This document shows, piece after piece, positions 1-10,563 of a stretch of 64,000 bases of DNA (positions are counted from its first letter, which is position 1; each line of letters starts with the position of its first letter). The notes beneath the pieces were generated by a model. The model worked only from the letters and a program-made list of their open reading frames with translations. It did no database searches and was not told the origin of the DNA. Both the position numbers and the translations under genes were made by a program. Source of the DNA: an uncultured Alphaproteobacteria bacterium (GTDB lineage Bacteria; Pseudomonadota; Alphaproteobacteria; Rs-D84); NCBI GenBank assembly GCA_934230415.1, contig CAKQEW010000003.1, forward strand, positions 73,837 to 137,836, read 5' to 3'.

Positions 1-111
1 AATATGTTTGCGATAAACGCCAAACAAAAACTGGCGTTCCAATTCCAATTCTGTGATACCCATTTCGTCCATAATTTTAGACATGGATTCAACAGTTGCA
101 CGAAAAGACAT
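1..111 (-). CDS. 5' portion (37 codons) of an unidentified gene that runs off the window start
   Basis: ATG at 109-111 (minus) preceded by an AAGGA RBS. Frame stays open to position 1. Translation is MSFRATVESMSKIMDEMGITELELERQFLFGVYRKHI. Absent from the ORF track because no stop falls in the window. Confidence 0.4.
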   Translation of the reverse strand, partial: MSFRATVESMSKIMDEMGITELELERQFLFGVYRKHI

Positions 112-173
112 AACTAATATCCTTTTTATTTATTTCGCATATTGACCAGATTCTAGCACATTCAGGACACTTG

Positions 174-422
174 TCAAGAGACAGGGTCGTATCCCCATCC
201 GCCACCGGGGCGACATCGCATTATCCGACGCACCGCCATCAGTCCGCCACGAAATGCACCGTATTTTGCGATTGCGTCCATGGCATATTGGCTGCAACTG
301 GGGGTAAAACGGCACGCGGCGCGCCCACCGATAAACGGCGAAATACACGCCTGGTACGCACGCACCAGGGCCAGCGCAATTCGTGCCAATATTGTTGGAT
401 TATTTTTTGATGCTGCGTTCAT
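174..422 (-). CDS. yidD: membrane protein insertion efficiency factor YidD
   Basis: 82 aa. Has the ISP..CRFTPSCSQYA..A....G...G motif typical of YidD. Overlaps the rnpA stop as in the rnpA-yidD operon. Confidence 0.8.
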   Translation of the reverse strand: MNAASKNNPTILARIALALVRAYQACISPFIGGRAACRFTPSCSQYAMDAIAKYGAFRGGLMAVRRIMRCRPGGGWGYDPVS

Positions 423-753
423 ATTCGTGTTTCATAAATCGCAATGCGCGCACCATGGCGGCACGCCCATCGTCACGCGCCGCATCCAGAATTGCACGCC
501 GTGCGATAAAAACATAATCGGCCGCCGGATTCAATGCATCATCACCCGCAAATCGTATCCAGTCGCGCAATTTACGCTTTGCCAGGTTGCGCTGGACCGC
601 GAAACGAAATGTCTTTTTGGTGGCAACCAGGCCAAATCGCGCATCGCCTGGGAACTTGGCCGGTTTTGCCCGAATTATAAAGTACGCACAACGGGCAATC
701 GGATTTTCATCCGTCATTAAAAAGTCATTATGATTTTTAATTGTGTTTCTCAT
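400..753 (-). CDS. rnpA: ribonuclease P protein component
   Basis: 117 aa basic protein. Contains RL....F..V...G......RFGL.V.KK and RNLAKRKLRD signature-like segments. Sits immediately upstream of yidD. Confidence 0.8.
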   Translation of the reverse strand: MRNTIKNHNDFLMTDENPIARCAYFIIRAKPAKFPGDARFGLVATKKTFRFAVQRNLAKRKLRDWIRFAGDDALNPAADYVFIARRAILDAARDDGRAAMVRALRFMKHEYERSIKK

Positions 754-864
754 GCCGCCTATAATACCAGAATCTGGTAATAATCAAATAAAAAAGCATA
801 TTTTTTATGTGTGGGTGGCTTGATTTTTCATTATTCACGATTTATAGTTGCAAAAAAGAAATAA

Positions 865-1935
<1,071 letters not shown>

Positions 1936-1959
1936 AAAACGCCCACATGGGCGTTTTTT
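1936..1959 (+). terminator. intrinsic terminator after mreB
   Basis: Hairpin AACGCCCACATGGGCGTT followed by a T-run directly after the mreB stop. Confidence 0.6.
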
Positions 1960-1976
1960 AATCTCTATTTTTACTG

Positions 1977-2004
1977 TTGCAATCGGGAAAAACTCTGTTA
2001 TAAT
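1977..2004 (+). promoter_or_regulatory. sigma70-like promoter for tRNA-Val
   Basis: TTGCAA, a 16-nt spacer, then TATAAT ending about 11 nt before the tRNA 5' end. Confidence 0.4.
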
Positions 2005-2015
2005 GCCCGATGCCT

Positions 2016-2092
2016 GGGTGGTTAGCTCAGTTGGTTAGAGCGTTACGTTGACATCGTAAAGGTCGTTGGTTCGAGTCCAATACCACCCACCA
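2016..2092 (+). tRNA. tRNA-Val (anticodon GAC)
   Basis: Cloverleaf resolved by eye. Acceptor GGGTGGT/ACCACCC, D-arm GCTC-AGTTGGTTA-GAGC, anticodon stem TTACG/CGTAA with loop TTGACAT, T-arm GTTGG-TTCGAGT-CCAAT, then discriminator A and encoded CCA. Confidence 0.9.
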
Positions 2093-2287
2093 CAAATTTT
2101 CACCGCAGCGTCAGCAATGGCTGGAAATTTAGTGTCGCGGCGCAGTAACAAAACCGGACAACAAATATAAATTTATTAGGAAATTAAAATAATGCGAATG
2201 CAGAACTAATCTTGAATTAAAATTTCTGACGGGATTCTGTGCGGCGCCCCGTTGGGCGTCGCATTTTTATTTGATAAAGGCACAAAA

Positions 2288-4285
2288 ATGACAAATAAAA
2301 ACAATAAATATTTAATTACATCCGCATTGCCATACGTTAACGGCGAATTACACCTGGGGCATTTGGTGGGTTGCCTGTTGCCATCTGACATTTATGCGCG
2401 TTTTTGTCGCGCACGTGGTCGCGATGTTCTGTATGTTTGTGGGGCCGATGAACACGGCACACCGATTATTGTCGGCGCAAATGCCGCCGGTATGTCTGTC
2501 CAAGATTACGCAAACACATGGTATGAAAAACACTTGCAGGCGGTGCGTGATTTCAATCTGTCATGTGACCTGTACGGGCGCACCCATACCGAACGCCAAG
2601 AAAAACTGATTCACGAATTGTTCGCGCGCCTGGATGCCCAGGGATTAATAGAAGAACGCGAAACATTGCAGCCGTTTTCAATTACTGACAACATGTTTTT
2701 AACAGACCGCCAGGTACTGGGCATATGTCCAAAGTGTGGTTATGAAAACGCACGTGGTGACCAATGCGATAAATGTGGTGCAACATACGAAGTTGATGAA
2801 TTAAAGAATCCACGCAGTGCGATTTCTGGGGCGTGTGACGTTGAAATGCGCCCGACAAAAAATCTGTTCTTTATGGCATCACGCGTGGAAAGCGCATGGC
2901 GCGAATGGTTAAAATCACATGCGCCAAAATGGTCAAAAACCGCCAGTGCGATTGCAAACGGTTGGGCCAGCGAAGGTCTGCGCGATACATCAATAACACG
3001 CGATTTGCCGTGGGGAATTTCTGTTAACAAACCAGGATATGAAAACAAGGTGTTTTATGTATGGTTTGACGCGCCATGGGGATACATTTCAATTTCCCAG
3101 GCCGCGCGTGAAAATTGGGATTCATGGTGGAAAAACCCAGATGCACACTATGCACAATTTATGGCCAAGGATAATGTTAAATTCCACGCCGTATTTTTCC
3201 CAGAACAACAGTTAGCGATGAACGATGGGTGGAAAACCGTGGATATGTTAAAATCCATGAATTTCCTGAACTTTGAAGGTGGTAAATTTTCCAAATCTGA
3301 AAAACGCGGAATATTCCTGGATGGCGCATTGGAAATCGCCCCGGCGGACGCGTGGCGTTACGCGCTGATTGCGTCGGCCCCGGAAACAGACGATACAGAT
3401 TTCACATTTGCGCGATTTGCCGATATCGTGAACAAGGACCTGAATGGCATGCTGGGTAATTTTGTTTCGCGTGTTTGCAAATTAACCGCCAAGAATTTTG
3501 GCACAAATGTGCCGGCATCTGGCGCACACGATGCCGATTTGGAAAAACAAATTAATGAAAAGTTAACCGAACTGACAACGGCGCTGGACACATGCGAATT
3601 CCGCAATGCGGTTGCGGCATTGCGCGCACTGTACGCGATTGGTAACGAGTATATGACGCGATGCGAACCATGGACACTGGTCAAAAATGGCGATATGACG
3701 GCGGCCGCGGCGGTACTGAACGAATGTTTCCAGTTAATTGACCTGTATGCACGTGTATCTGCGCCATTTATACCGAACGCCGCGGAAAAAATGCAAAATA
3801 TATTTGCCACGCCGCATGATATGACATGGCCGGAAAATTTTGAATGCCGCATCACAGATGGTGCTGAATTTGTTGTACCAGAAAACCTGTTTGCGCGCAT
3901 TGATGATGATACGGTTGCGGCATTAACAGAGCAATATGCCCCACGTGATGAAAACAAAATCGTACCAATTGTTGCAAAAATTGTTGCGGTAAAAAATCAT
4001 CCGACGCGGGAAAATTTGCACATACTGACGGTGGATGATGGCACAAATCACGAATTGCAAATTGTATGTGGCGCACCGAATGTACGCGCGGGAATGATTG
4101 GCGTGTTGGCGCCGGTCGGCACAACGTTACCAGGTATGAAAAAGCCCATATCCCAGCGCACCGTCGCCGGCACAGAATCGTTTGGCATGATGTGCAGTGG
4201 CGCCGAACTGGGCATAAATGACAACAGTGACGAAATTGTTGAACTGGGCACTGATGCCATGATTGGCGATGCATACGAAAAATAA
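2288..4285 (+). CDS. metG: methionyl-tRNA synthetase with C-terminal tRNA-binding (EMAP/Trbp111-like) domain
   Basis: HLGH-type class I motif (PYVNGELHLGHL), zinc knuckle CPKCGYENARGDQCDKCG, KFSKSE (KMSKS) motif, and a C-terminal tRNA-binding domain ending ...VCGAPNVRAGM. Start chosen at the Met 12 codons into the tracked ORF. Confidence 0.9.
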   Translation: MTNKNNKYLITSALPYVNGELHLGHLVGCLLPSDIYARFCRARGRDVLYVCGADEHGTPIIVGANAAGMSVQDYANTWYEKHLQAVRDFNLSCDLYGRTHTERQEKLIHELFARLDAQGLIEERETLQPFSITDNMFLTDRQVLGICPKCGYENARGDQCDKCGATYEVDELKNPRSAISGACDVEMRPTKNLFFMASRVESAWREWLKSHAPKWSKTASAIANGWASEGLRDTSITRDLPWGISVNKPGYENKVFYVWFDAPWGYISISQAARENWDSWWKNPDAHYAQFMAKDNVKFHAVFFPEQQLAMNDGWKTVDMLKSMNFLNFEGGKFSKSEKRGIFLDGALEIAPADAWRYALIASAPETDDTDFTFARFADIVNKDLNGMLGNFVSRVCKLTAKNFGTNVPASGAHDADLEKQINEKLTELTTALDTCEFRNAVAALRALYAIGNEYMTRCEPWTLVKNGDMTAAAAVLNECFQLIDLYARVSAPFIPNAAEKMQNIFATPHDMTWPENFECRITDGAEFVVPENLFARIDDDTVAALTEQYAPRDENKIVPIVAKIVAVKNHPTRENLHILTVDDGTNHELQIVCGAPNVRAGMIGVLAPVGTTLPGMKKPISQRTVAGTESFGMMCSGAELGINDNSDEIVELGTDAMIGDAYEK

Positions 4286-4286
4286 A

Positions 4287-4823
4287 ATGGAAAACGTAAA
4301 ACTGGTTTTAATGTCGTGTTGTGCGCCGTGCAGTGCCGGCGCAATAAAACAGCTGGCCGATGGCGCGGTACCGGGCGTTTCTGACTTTATCGTATTGTTT
4401 TTTAATCCGAATATTTTTCCAGAATCGGAATACACAAAACGATTAAATGAACAGATAAAATACTGTGATGCACTGGGCGTTAAATACGCCGTTGGTAATT
4501 ACGACCACGCGGCATGGCGCGCGCATGTGATTGGATTGGAAAACGAACCAGAACGTGGCGCACGATGCAGCAAATGTTTTGAATTTCGTTTTAAATATGC
4601 GGCCGCATTTGCACGCGAAAATGGATATGACGCGGTGGCATCTGTATTTGGTGTTTCCCGGCACAAGGACCAATCCCAGGTGGATTCCGCAGGGCGTGCG
4701 ATGCTGGGCACGTGTTACATTCCGATTTCATGGGACGAAAAATTACGCCAACAAATTGGGCGTGCGTCTGATTTTTACCGCCAGAATTATTGCGGTTGCG
4801 AATTCAGTATTCGCAAAGTATAA
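4287..4823 (+). CDS. queH: epoxyqueuosine reductase QueH-like (DUF208)
   Basis: Conserved SCCAPCS cysteine cluster near the N-terminus and CGCEFS near the C-terminus, as in QueH/DUF208. Start 2 nt after the metG stop. Confidence 0.7.
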   Translation: MENVKLVLMSCCAPCSAGAIKQLADGAVPGVSDFIVLFFNPNIFPESEYTKRLNEQIKYCDALGVKYAVGNYDHAAWRAHVIGLENEPERGARCSKCFEFRFKYAAAFARENGYDAVASVFGVSRHKDQSQVDSAGRAMLGTCYIPISWDEKLRQQIGRASDFYRQNYCGCEFSIRKV

Positions 4824-4852
4824 TTAACGCTGAACACAGCAAAGGAATAATT

Positions 4853-5728
4853 ATGTCACGCATATTTGTTTTCCCAGGCCAGGGTGCCCAGACCGTTGGT
4901 ATGGGACGCGAACTGTATGAAAATAACGCCGCCGCCCGCGCCGTATTTGACGAAGTGGACGACGCATTAAACCAAAAATTATCTGATATTATTTTTAATG
5001 GACCAATGGATGAATTGACATTGACCGCGAATGTTCAGCCGGCAATTATGGCAACGTCCATTGCGATGCTGCGGGCGTCTGGGGACGCGTTACCAGAATT
5101 TGTCGCGGGACACAGTCTGGGTGAATACACCGCCCTGTGCGCGGCGGGTGCGTTATCATTGGCGGACACGGCGCGGTTGTTGCGCGCACGTGGAAACGCA
5201 ATGCAAAATGCGGTACCGGTGGGCCATGGCCTGACCGCGGTGATTTTGGGATTAGATATTGATGTTGTTCGTGACATTTGTGCCAAAACAGATTGTGACG
5301 TTGCAAACGATAATTGCCCCGGCCAGGTTGTTGTATCTGGGGCCCGGCAGGTGGTAGAGGCAACCCTGGACGCCGCCCGCGCCGCCGGTGCACGTCGTGC
5401 GATGCCACTGGCGTTATCTGTGCCAGTTCATTGCCGGATTCAGGCACCGGCCGCCGATGCGATGCAGGATGCATTGGCGCATATTGAAATTCGTCAACCC
5501 GACGCGACGTTTATTGCAAACAAAACCGCCGCGCCAATGTCAGACGTAAATGAAATCAAGGCAGAACTGGTATACCAAATGACCCATGGCGTACGCTGGC
5601 GCGAAAGTGTTATGGAAATGCATCGCCTGGGGATAACAGAGCAGGTTGAAATCGGTCCGGGTAATGTATTAACAGGACTGGCATCCAGAATTTGTCCAGA
5701 AATAACCGCAAAGAAATTGGAGATATAA
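4853..5728 (+). CDS. fabD: malonyl-CoA:ACP transacylase
   Basis: FVFPGQGAQTVGMG and GHSLGEYTAL active-site serine motif. Confidence 0.9.
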   Translation: MSRIFVFPGQGAQTVGMGRELYENNAAARAVFDEVDDALNQKLSDIIFNGPMDELTLTANVQPAIMATSIAMLRASGDALPEFVAGHSLGEYTALCAAGALSLADTARLLRARGNAMQNAVPVGHGLTAVILGLDIDVVRDICAKTDCDVANDNCPGQVVVSGARQVVEATLDAARAAGARRAMPLALSVPVHCRIQAPAADAMQDALAHIEIRQPDATFIANKTAAPMSDVNEIKAELVYQMTHGVRWRESVMEMHRLGITEQVEIGPGNVLTGLASRICPEITAKKLEI

Positions 5729-5730
5729 TT

Positions 5731-6462
5731 ATGTTTGATTTAACAGGACGTGTTGTTTTAATCACCGGTGCAACCGGCGGAATTGGTGGTGCGATTGCGC
5801 ACAAAATGCGCGCCGCGGGTGCAACGGTTGTTGTATCGGGTCGCAATATCGCAAAACTGGAATCTGAATTTGGTGGCGACGGGTTCATTAAATTGCCGTG
5901 TGACCTGGCGGCCGATGGCGGTGCGGTTGAATTGGTCATGAATACGATTGAATCCGCCGGTAAAATTGACGTTTTAATTAATAATGCCGGTATTACCAAG
6001 GACACATTGCTGATGCGTATGTCCGATGAACAATTTGACGATGTTATTAACACAAACCTGCGCGCATGCTTTAAAATGTGCCGCGCGGCGATTATGCCAA
6101 TGATGAAAAATCGCTTTGGCCGTATTATTAACATGGCATCCATTATCGGCGTTATTGGTGGCCCGGGCCAGGCAAACTATGCCGCGTCCAAGGGCGGAAT
6201 GATTGCGATGACAAAATCCATCGCAGCCGAGGTTGCATCCCGTGGTATCACCGCGAACTGTATTGCACCTGGATTCATTCAGACCCCAATGACAGATGTT
6301 TTGCCTGATGAATTAAAGAAAACCTATCTGGCCCAGATTCCGGCCGGCCGTTTTGGCACACCTGATGACATTGCAAACGCATGTGTGTTCCTGGCATCGG
6401 ACGAGGCATCATATATCAATGGCCAGACATTAAATATTAACGGTGGCATGGGACGCTTTTAA
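5731..6462 (+). CDS. fabG: 3-oxoacyl-ACP reductase (SDR family)
   Basis: TGATGGIGGAIA Rossmann motif, catalytic NAG...YAASK segment, conserved fabD-fabG order. Confidence 0.85.
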   Translation: MFDLTGRVVLITGATGGIGGAIAHKMRAAGATVVVSGRNIAKLESEFGGDGFIKLPCDLAADGGAVELVMNTIESAGKIDVLINNAGITKDTLLMRMSDEQFDDVINTNLRACFKMCRAAIMPMMKNRFGRIINMASIIGVIGGPGQANYAASKGGMIAMTKSIAAEVASRGITANCIAPGFIQTPMTDVLPDELKKTYLAQIPAGRFGTPDDIANACVFLASDEASYINGQTLNINGGMGRF

Positions 6463-6465
6463 TAG

Positions 6466-8112
6466 ATGATTGAATACGATGTAATCATTATTGGTGGTGG
6501 ACATGCCGGGACCGAGGCCGCGGCGGCCGCGGCACGACGTGGGGCAAAAACATTGCTGATGACGCAATGCGAAACAGACCTGGGTGCGATGTCATGTAAC
6601 CCCAGTATTGGTGGCCCCGGCAAATCACAAATGGTTGCAGAAATTGACGCAATGGGTGGTGTTATGCCACGCGCCGCAGACGCCGCCGGGATTCATTTCA
6701 GAACACTGAATGCATCGCACGGTGCGGCGACGCGCGCGTTGCGCGCACAAATTGACCGCGAAATGTATCACAACGCGGTGGTAAAAATTTTGGCGGAATT
6801 ACCAACACTTGCCATACGTTTTGAAAAAGTTACATCGCTGGATTTACAAAATAAAATCGTAAATGGCGAATATCACGCGCGCGCAATCGTGCTGACCACT
6901 GGGACATTTCTGGGCGCGCTGGTAACGCGTGGTAATGAAAAGATTGCGTCTGGGCGCCTGCAGGATGATGGCACGTACCAGGATAACGATACTGTGATAT
7001 CGGGTGTGTTGCGCGAAAATGGGTTTAATTTGTTACGTCTGAAAACGGGAACGCCGGCGCGTATTTATCGCGACAGTATTGATTTTTCCGTATGTGAATT
7101 GCAACCGGGCGACAACCCCCACGACTGGTTTTCTGCACCAAATGCGGATAATGATTATTCTGCGGTATGTTATATAACGCACACAACCGAAAAAACACAT
7201 CAAATAATTCGTGACAACATTGCAAACGCCCCAATGTATAATGGCGACATCCGTGGCACCGGCCCGCGTTATTGCCCCAGTTTGGAAGACAAGGTTATGC
7301 GTTTCCCAGATCACACGTCGCATCACGTTTTTCTGGAACCCGAAGGATTGCACAGCGATTTAATTTATCCGAACGGCATTTCAACCAGTTTTGGTGCAGA
7401 TATTCAGGACACGTGGATTCGTACAATTCCAGGATTAGAAAACGCGCGCATTGCGCGTTATGGATATGCAATTGAATATGATGCGATTGATGCACGCGCA
7501 CTGAATACCACACTGGAATCGCGTGAAATGCCAGGCATATTTTTTGCCGGCCAAATCAACGGTACATCCGGATATGAAGAGGCCGCCGCCCAAGGCATCG
7601 TTGCCGGCGCAAATGCCGCCGCGCGCGCACTGGACGCGCCATGGTTAAACCTGAATCGCACAAACGCAATGATTGGCGTTTTGATTGATGATATTACAAC
7701 GTTGGGTGTGGATGAACCCTATCGCATGTTTTCATCACGTGCGGAATATCGTTTAAACCTGCGCGCGGATAATGCCATTGCACGTCTGGGCGATATGGCG
7801 GTGGGGTGCGGGCTGGTTACGTGCGCGGCGCGTGATGAAAAAATGGCATTGCATGCGGCGGAAATTGCCGAAAACGATAAATTCTATGCCGGGTATATCG
7901 CACGCAACGCGCGCGAAATCGCATCCGCACAACGTGATATGGAATTAAAGATTCCACGCAATATGGATTATGCAAATATGCCGGGGCTGACCAACGAATT
8001 GGTTGAAAAATTAACCGCCGCGCGGCCGGAAAATATCGCCGCACTGTCGCGAATTCCGGGCATGACGCCGGCGGGCATAATGGTCGTCTTGCGCAAAATA
8101 AAATGTTCATGA
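6466..8112 (+). CDS. mnmG: tRNA uridine-5-carboxymethylaminomethyl modification enzyme MnmG (GidA), shortened C-terminal region
   Basis: [18 protein letters not shown] motif, [58 protein letters not shown]. 548 aa, versus about 620 aa for typical MnmG. Confidence 0.85.
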   Translation: MIEYDVIIIGGGHAGTEAAAAAARRGAKTLLMTQCETDLGAMSCNPSIGGPGKSQMVAEIDAMGGVMPRAADAAGIHFRTLNASHGAATRALRAQIDREMYHNAVVKILAELPTLAIRFEKVTSLDLQNKIVNGEYHARAIVLTTGTFLGALVTRGNEKIASGRLQDDGTYQDNDTVISGVLRENGFNLLRLKTGTPARIYRDSIDFSVCELQPGDNPHDWFSAPNADNDYSAVCYITHTTEKTHQIIRDNIANAPMYNGDIRGTGPRYCPSLEDKVMRFPDHTSHHVFLEPEGLHSDLIYPNGISTSFGADIQDTWIRTIPGLENARIARYGYAIEYDAIDARALNTTLESREMPGIFFAGQINGTSGYEEAAAQGIVAGANAAARALDAPWLNLNRTNAMIGVLIDDITTLGVDEPYRMFSSRAEYRLNLRADNAIARLGDMAVGCGLVTCAARDEKMALHAAEIAENDKFYAGYIARNAREIASAQRDMELKIPRNMDYANMPGLTNELVEKLTAARPENIAALSRIPGMTPAGIMVVLRKIKCS

Positions 8113-8113
8113 C

Positions 8114-8677
8114 ATGCACGAATTTATAAATGACATTATAAATAAAAAAATTCTGTCTGAATACAGTCATTCAAATTATATTGATAAATTTGACGGTCGT
8201 GATTTCTTGCACCTGGATTGCAGTGGGTTTGTGTTTTGGTGGCTGGCCAAAAATAAATATATACGTGCGTTGGCGGAAATAAAGGGATTCCTGCGCCAAC
8301 GGAAATACATAAAAATAAACAGATTTTACTGTCGCGATTTTCATGAAATGTTCCATTCAAGAAATGATTTTTCATACTGGGAATTCATGGATATTCCACA
8401 AAAAAACGACATTATCGTTGTTGTTTTTGACAGTGGTAATGGACATTGTATGTTTATAAACCGCGTCATACAGCAGACACAAAATCATTTGGTTCTGAAC
8501 ATCACAGATTCCACGCGATATCCACATAAAAATGACAGCCGCCACACCCCAGAAACGGGTATTGGCACGGGCGATATAACCATAGAATATTCAAATGGAC
8601 AAACAATATACGACGCTGGGAATAAAAAATTAAAACCCAAGAAATGTAATGTTTATTTTATTCACCCAAAACGATAA
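8114..8677 (+). CDS. hypothetical protein with NlpC/P60-like Cys-His motifs (putative cysteine peptidase/amidase)
   Basis: 187 aa in AT-rich DNA. LDCSGFVFWW resembles the NlpC/P60 catalytic-Cys motif DCSG[FL]V, and NGHCMF is a downstream His candidate. No further family assignment is possible by eye. Confidence 0.45.
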   Translation: MHEFINDIINKKILSEYSHSNYIDKFDGRDFLHLDCSGFVFWWLAKNKYIRALAEIKGFLRQRKYIKINRFYCRDFHEMFHSRNDFSYWEFMDIPQKNDIIVVVFDSGNGHCMFINRVIQQTQNHLVLNITDSTRYPHKNDSRHTPETGIGTGDITIEYSNGQTIYDAGNKKLKPKKCNVYFIHPKR

Positions 8678-8683
8678 AAAAAA

Positions 8684-8708
8684 CACCGGCAAATGCCGGT
8701 GTTTTTTT
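8684..8708. terminator. bidirectional intrinsic terminator (member of the CCGGCAAATGCCGG hairpin family)
   Basis: Perfect hairpin CACCGGCAAATGCCGGTG flanked by an A-run on one side and a T-run on the other. Lies between convergent genes. Confidence 0.6.
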
Positions 8709-8712
8709 AATA

Positions 8713-9006
8713 CTATTTTGAACGAACCAGGTCACAAAACGCACGCATGCCAATTAATACTTTCAGTTTTTTAACATCACGGGCGGGGATTTTCATAACC
8801 TGGCGCGGGCCACATGAAATGGTTTGAACCGGCCAATAATTGATACGCAGGTTACCGACATATGAAAAATATGGCGCGCCACTGGCATCCACACGTGTGC
8901 GCGGGTCACGTATCATATGCGCCAGGTATTTCATACCGACCTGTGGCGACAATGGCGCGGCACCATTGGCAAAATTATACATTTCGGTAAATTTTGATAA
9001 ATTCAT
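8713..9006 (-). CDS. hypothetical protein (97 aa)
   Basis: ORF with coding-like composition sitting between two terminators. No recognisable motifs. Confidence 0.3.
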   Translation of the reverse strand: MNLSKFTEMYNFANGAAPLSPQVGMKYLAHMIRDPRTRVDASGAPYFSYVGNLRINYWPVQTISCGPRQVMKIPARDVKKLKVLIGMRAFCDLVRSK

Positions 9007-9116
9007 CAGTAAATCCTTTTATTTACATATATCAACATAGCAATAAAAATACATTGCAACAATGAAAATAAAATGTGGAAATTAGTTTTTACATATACTA
9101 TGATTATGCACGCCGT

Positions 9117-9192
9117 GCCGGTGTAGCTCAGCTGGTAGAGCATCTCATTCGTAATGAGGGGGTCGTAGGTTCAAGTCCTATCACCGGCACCA
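9117..9192 (+). tRNA. tRNA-Thr (anticodon CGT)
   Basis: Acceptor GCCGGTG/CACCGGC, D-arm GCTC-AGCTGGTA-GAGC, anticodon stem TCTCA/TGAGG with loop TTCGTAA, T-arm GTAGG-TTCAAGT-CCTAT, discriminator A, CCA encoded. Confidence 0.9.
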
Positions 9193-9200
9193 TATTTATT

Positions 9201-9224
9201 AACGCCCGCGTGGCGTTTTTTTTA
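9201..9224 (+). terminator. intrinsic terminator after tRNA-Thr
   Basis: ACGCC-cgcgt-GGCGT hairpin followed by TTTTTTTT. Confidence 0.55.
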
Positions 9225-9244
9225 TTGCGATACACATAAAAAAA

Positions 9245-9268
9245 CACCGGCATTTGCCGGTGTTTTTT
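9245..9268. terminator. bidirectional terminator (hairpin family variant CACCGGCATTTGCCGGTG)
   Basis: Perfect 18-nt palindromic hairpin with a T-run. Lies between tRNA-Thr (+) and the convergent 313-aa gene (-). Confidence 0.55.
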
Positions 9269-9270
9269 AA

Positions 9271-10212
9271 CTATTTCTCACTTACATTTGCGCGCAGTAG
9301 CGCCTGTTTCATTGGACCCTGCACTTCTTCTTGCAGCCGCTTTAGTTCTCTTTCCTCGGCCAGTTGCTTTCTGTACTCCCATAGATCTTTTTCTTTTTCC
9401 GACAGGTTTAGGTTTCGTTCTTCTTCATATTTCAACCTGTTTTGTTGCAACCTTTGCTGATAACACTTTTCAACAGTTGCTTGCTGTAATTCTGGAATAT
9501 CTAATACTTTTTCACGCCCCAAAAAAACAGCAGATTTATAAACGCTAATTGCATGACGTCCACCGCCAATTACTACATAATAATGCTGGCCTACTTCTTC
9601 TATATGGTCTTCTCCGACCATATCTTCTGTGAACACAAAATATTTTATAGTGGGTACAACAAGATCTTTAGGAACCGGACAATATCCCAGTCCTGGGGCT
9701 GTTTTAATTATATCCAACAGGTCCTGGACACCACTTTTGGCAAGTGCCTCGGGGGTATTTGCTTCTTGTTCTGCTGCCTGTTGCCGTTGTTTTCGCTCTT
9801 CTGCTGCTATTTTTCTTTCCAATTCCTGGGCGGCGGCAACCATCTTATCGTCATACTGTTTCAATTCTTTTTTACCCTTTTCGGCATCATTTTTCATCTC
9901 TGCTATTACACTACGTGTCGGCTGCATCAAGGCCTGACTATATATCTGTAATGCACGCAATACATCTTCCTTGTTGGATACATGTATATCTTTCTCTTTT
10001 TTCTCTTTTATATATTTCACAACATTCACAGTACCCACCACCGGTGCCAATGCGGTAAATACGGCCGCACATACCGGCAAAAAAGTCCCCTTTGCAACAT
10101 GGGTTGCTGTATTCTTAACTTGTATCTTTTTTCTTTCGTCCATAACAAAGCCCCTTTTTATTTTTGTATCAAAAAACCACCTGTTATTCTGGTGGTTGGA
10201 GCTTGAGAACAA
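9271..10212 (-). CDS. hypothetical membrane-anchored coiled-coil protein
   Basis: 313 aa in AT-rich DNA. One hydrophobic segment (FLPVCAAVFTALAPVVGTVNVV) is followed by long K/E/Q-rich heptad-like stretches (EERKQRQQAAEQE..., KEKDLWEYRKQLAEERELKRLQEE). No enzymatic motif. Confidence 0.45.
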   Translation of the reverse strand: MFSSSNHQNNRWFFDTKIKRGFVMDERKKIQVKNTATHVAKGTFLPVCAAVFTALAPVVGTVNVVKYIKEKKEKDIHVSNKEDVLRALQIYSQALMQPTRSVIAEMKNDAEKGKKELKQYDDKMVAAAQELERKIAAEERKQRQQAAEQEANTPEALAKSGVQDLLDIIKTAPGLGYCPVPKDLVVPTIKYFVFTEDMVGEDHIEEVGQHYYVVIGGGRHAISVYKSAVFLGREKVLDIPELQQATVEKCYQQRLQQNRLKYEEERNLNLSEKEKDLWEYRKQLAEERELKRLQEEVQGPMKQALLRANVSEK

Positions 10213-10563
10213 TATCGTGAATTGCGTGGTTTATTCGTATATTCACCACACTCCAACCGACTGGTTGGATTTTTCGTCTGTTACTGACGCACGATCTGGG
10301 TTCTCACGCCCATACAGGAACACCCTGCACATGTATAAATATACCATAAATTCGGCTAAAAACAAATAATTTATAACAAATGGATATATACGGTCTTATT
10401 TCTTGCTTTTTCTTAAAATCCAGTGTAAAATTTCGCCGAAATGATGAACAAGGCAATAATTATTATTAAATAAACCGGCACTGCGCCTTTGGCGGTGGCT
10501 GGGGCGCGCATGCGCCTGTTTTTTTTTAATAAATGCAAAAACAATATAAAAAGGACACAAAAC

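Noticed and set aside
130-348. 72-aa ORF on the minus strand overlapping yidD in another frame
   Set aside because: It is fully embedded in the well-supported yidD coding region. No RBS and no motif. It is a typical GC-rich frame artefact.
3358-3957. Long antisense ORFs inside metG. The same applies to other big genes, for example 5610..6143 in fabD/fabG, 12191..12966 in ileS, 55308..56093 in gyrB and 42141..42653 in res
   Set aside because: They overlap strongly supported genes on the opposite strand and lack starts with RBS. Their amino-acid composition is low-complexity, rich in Ser/Arg/Pro, which is typical of antisense frames.
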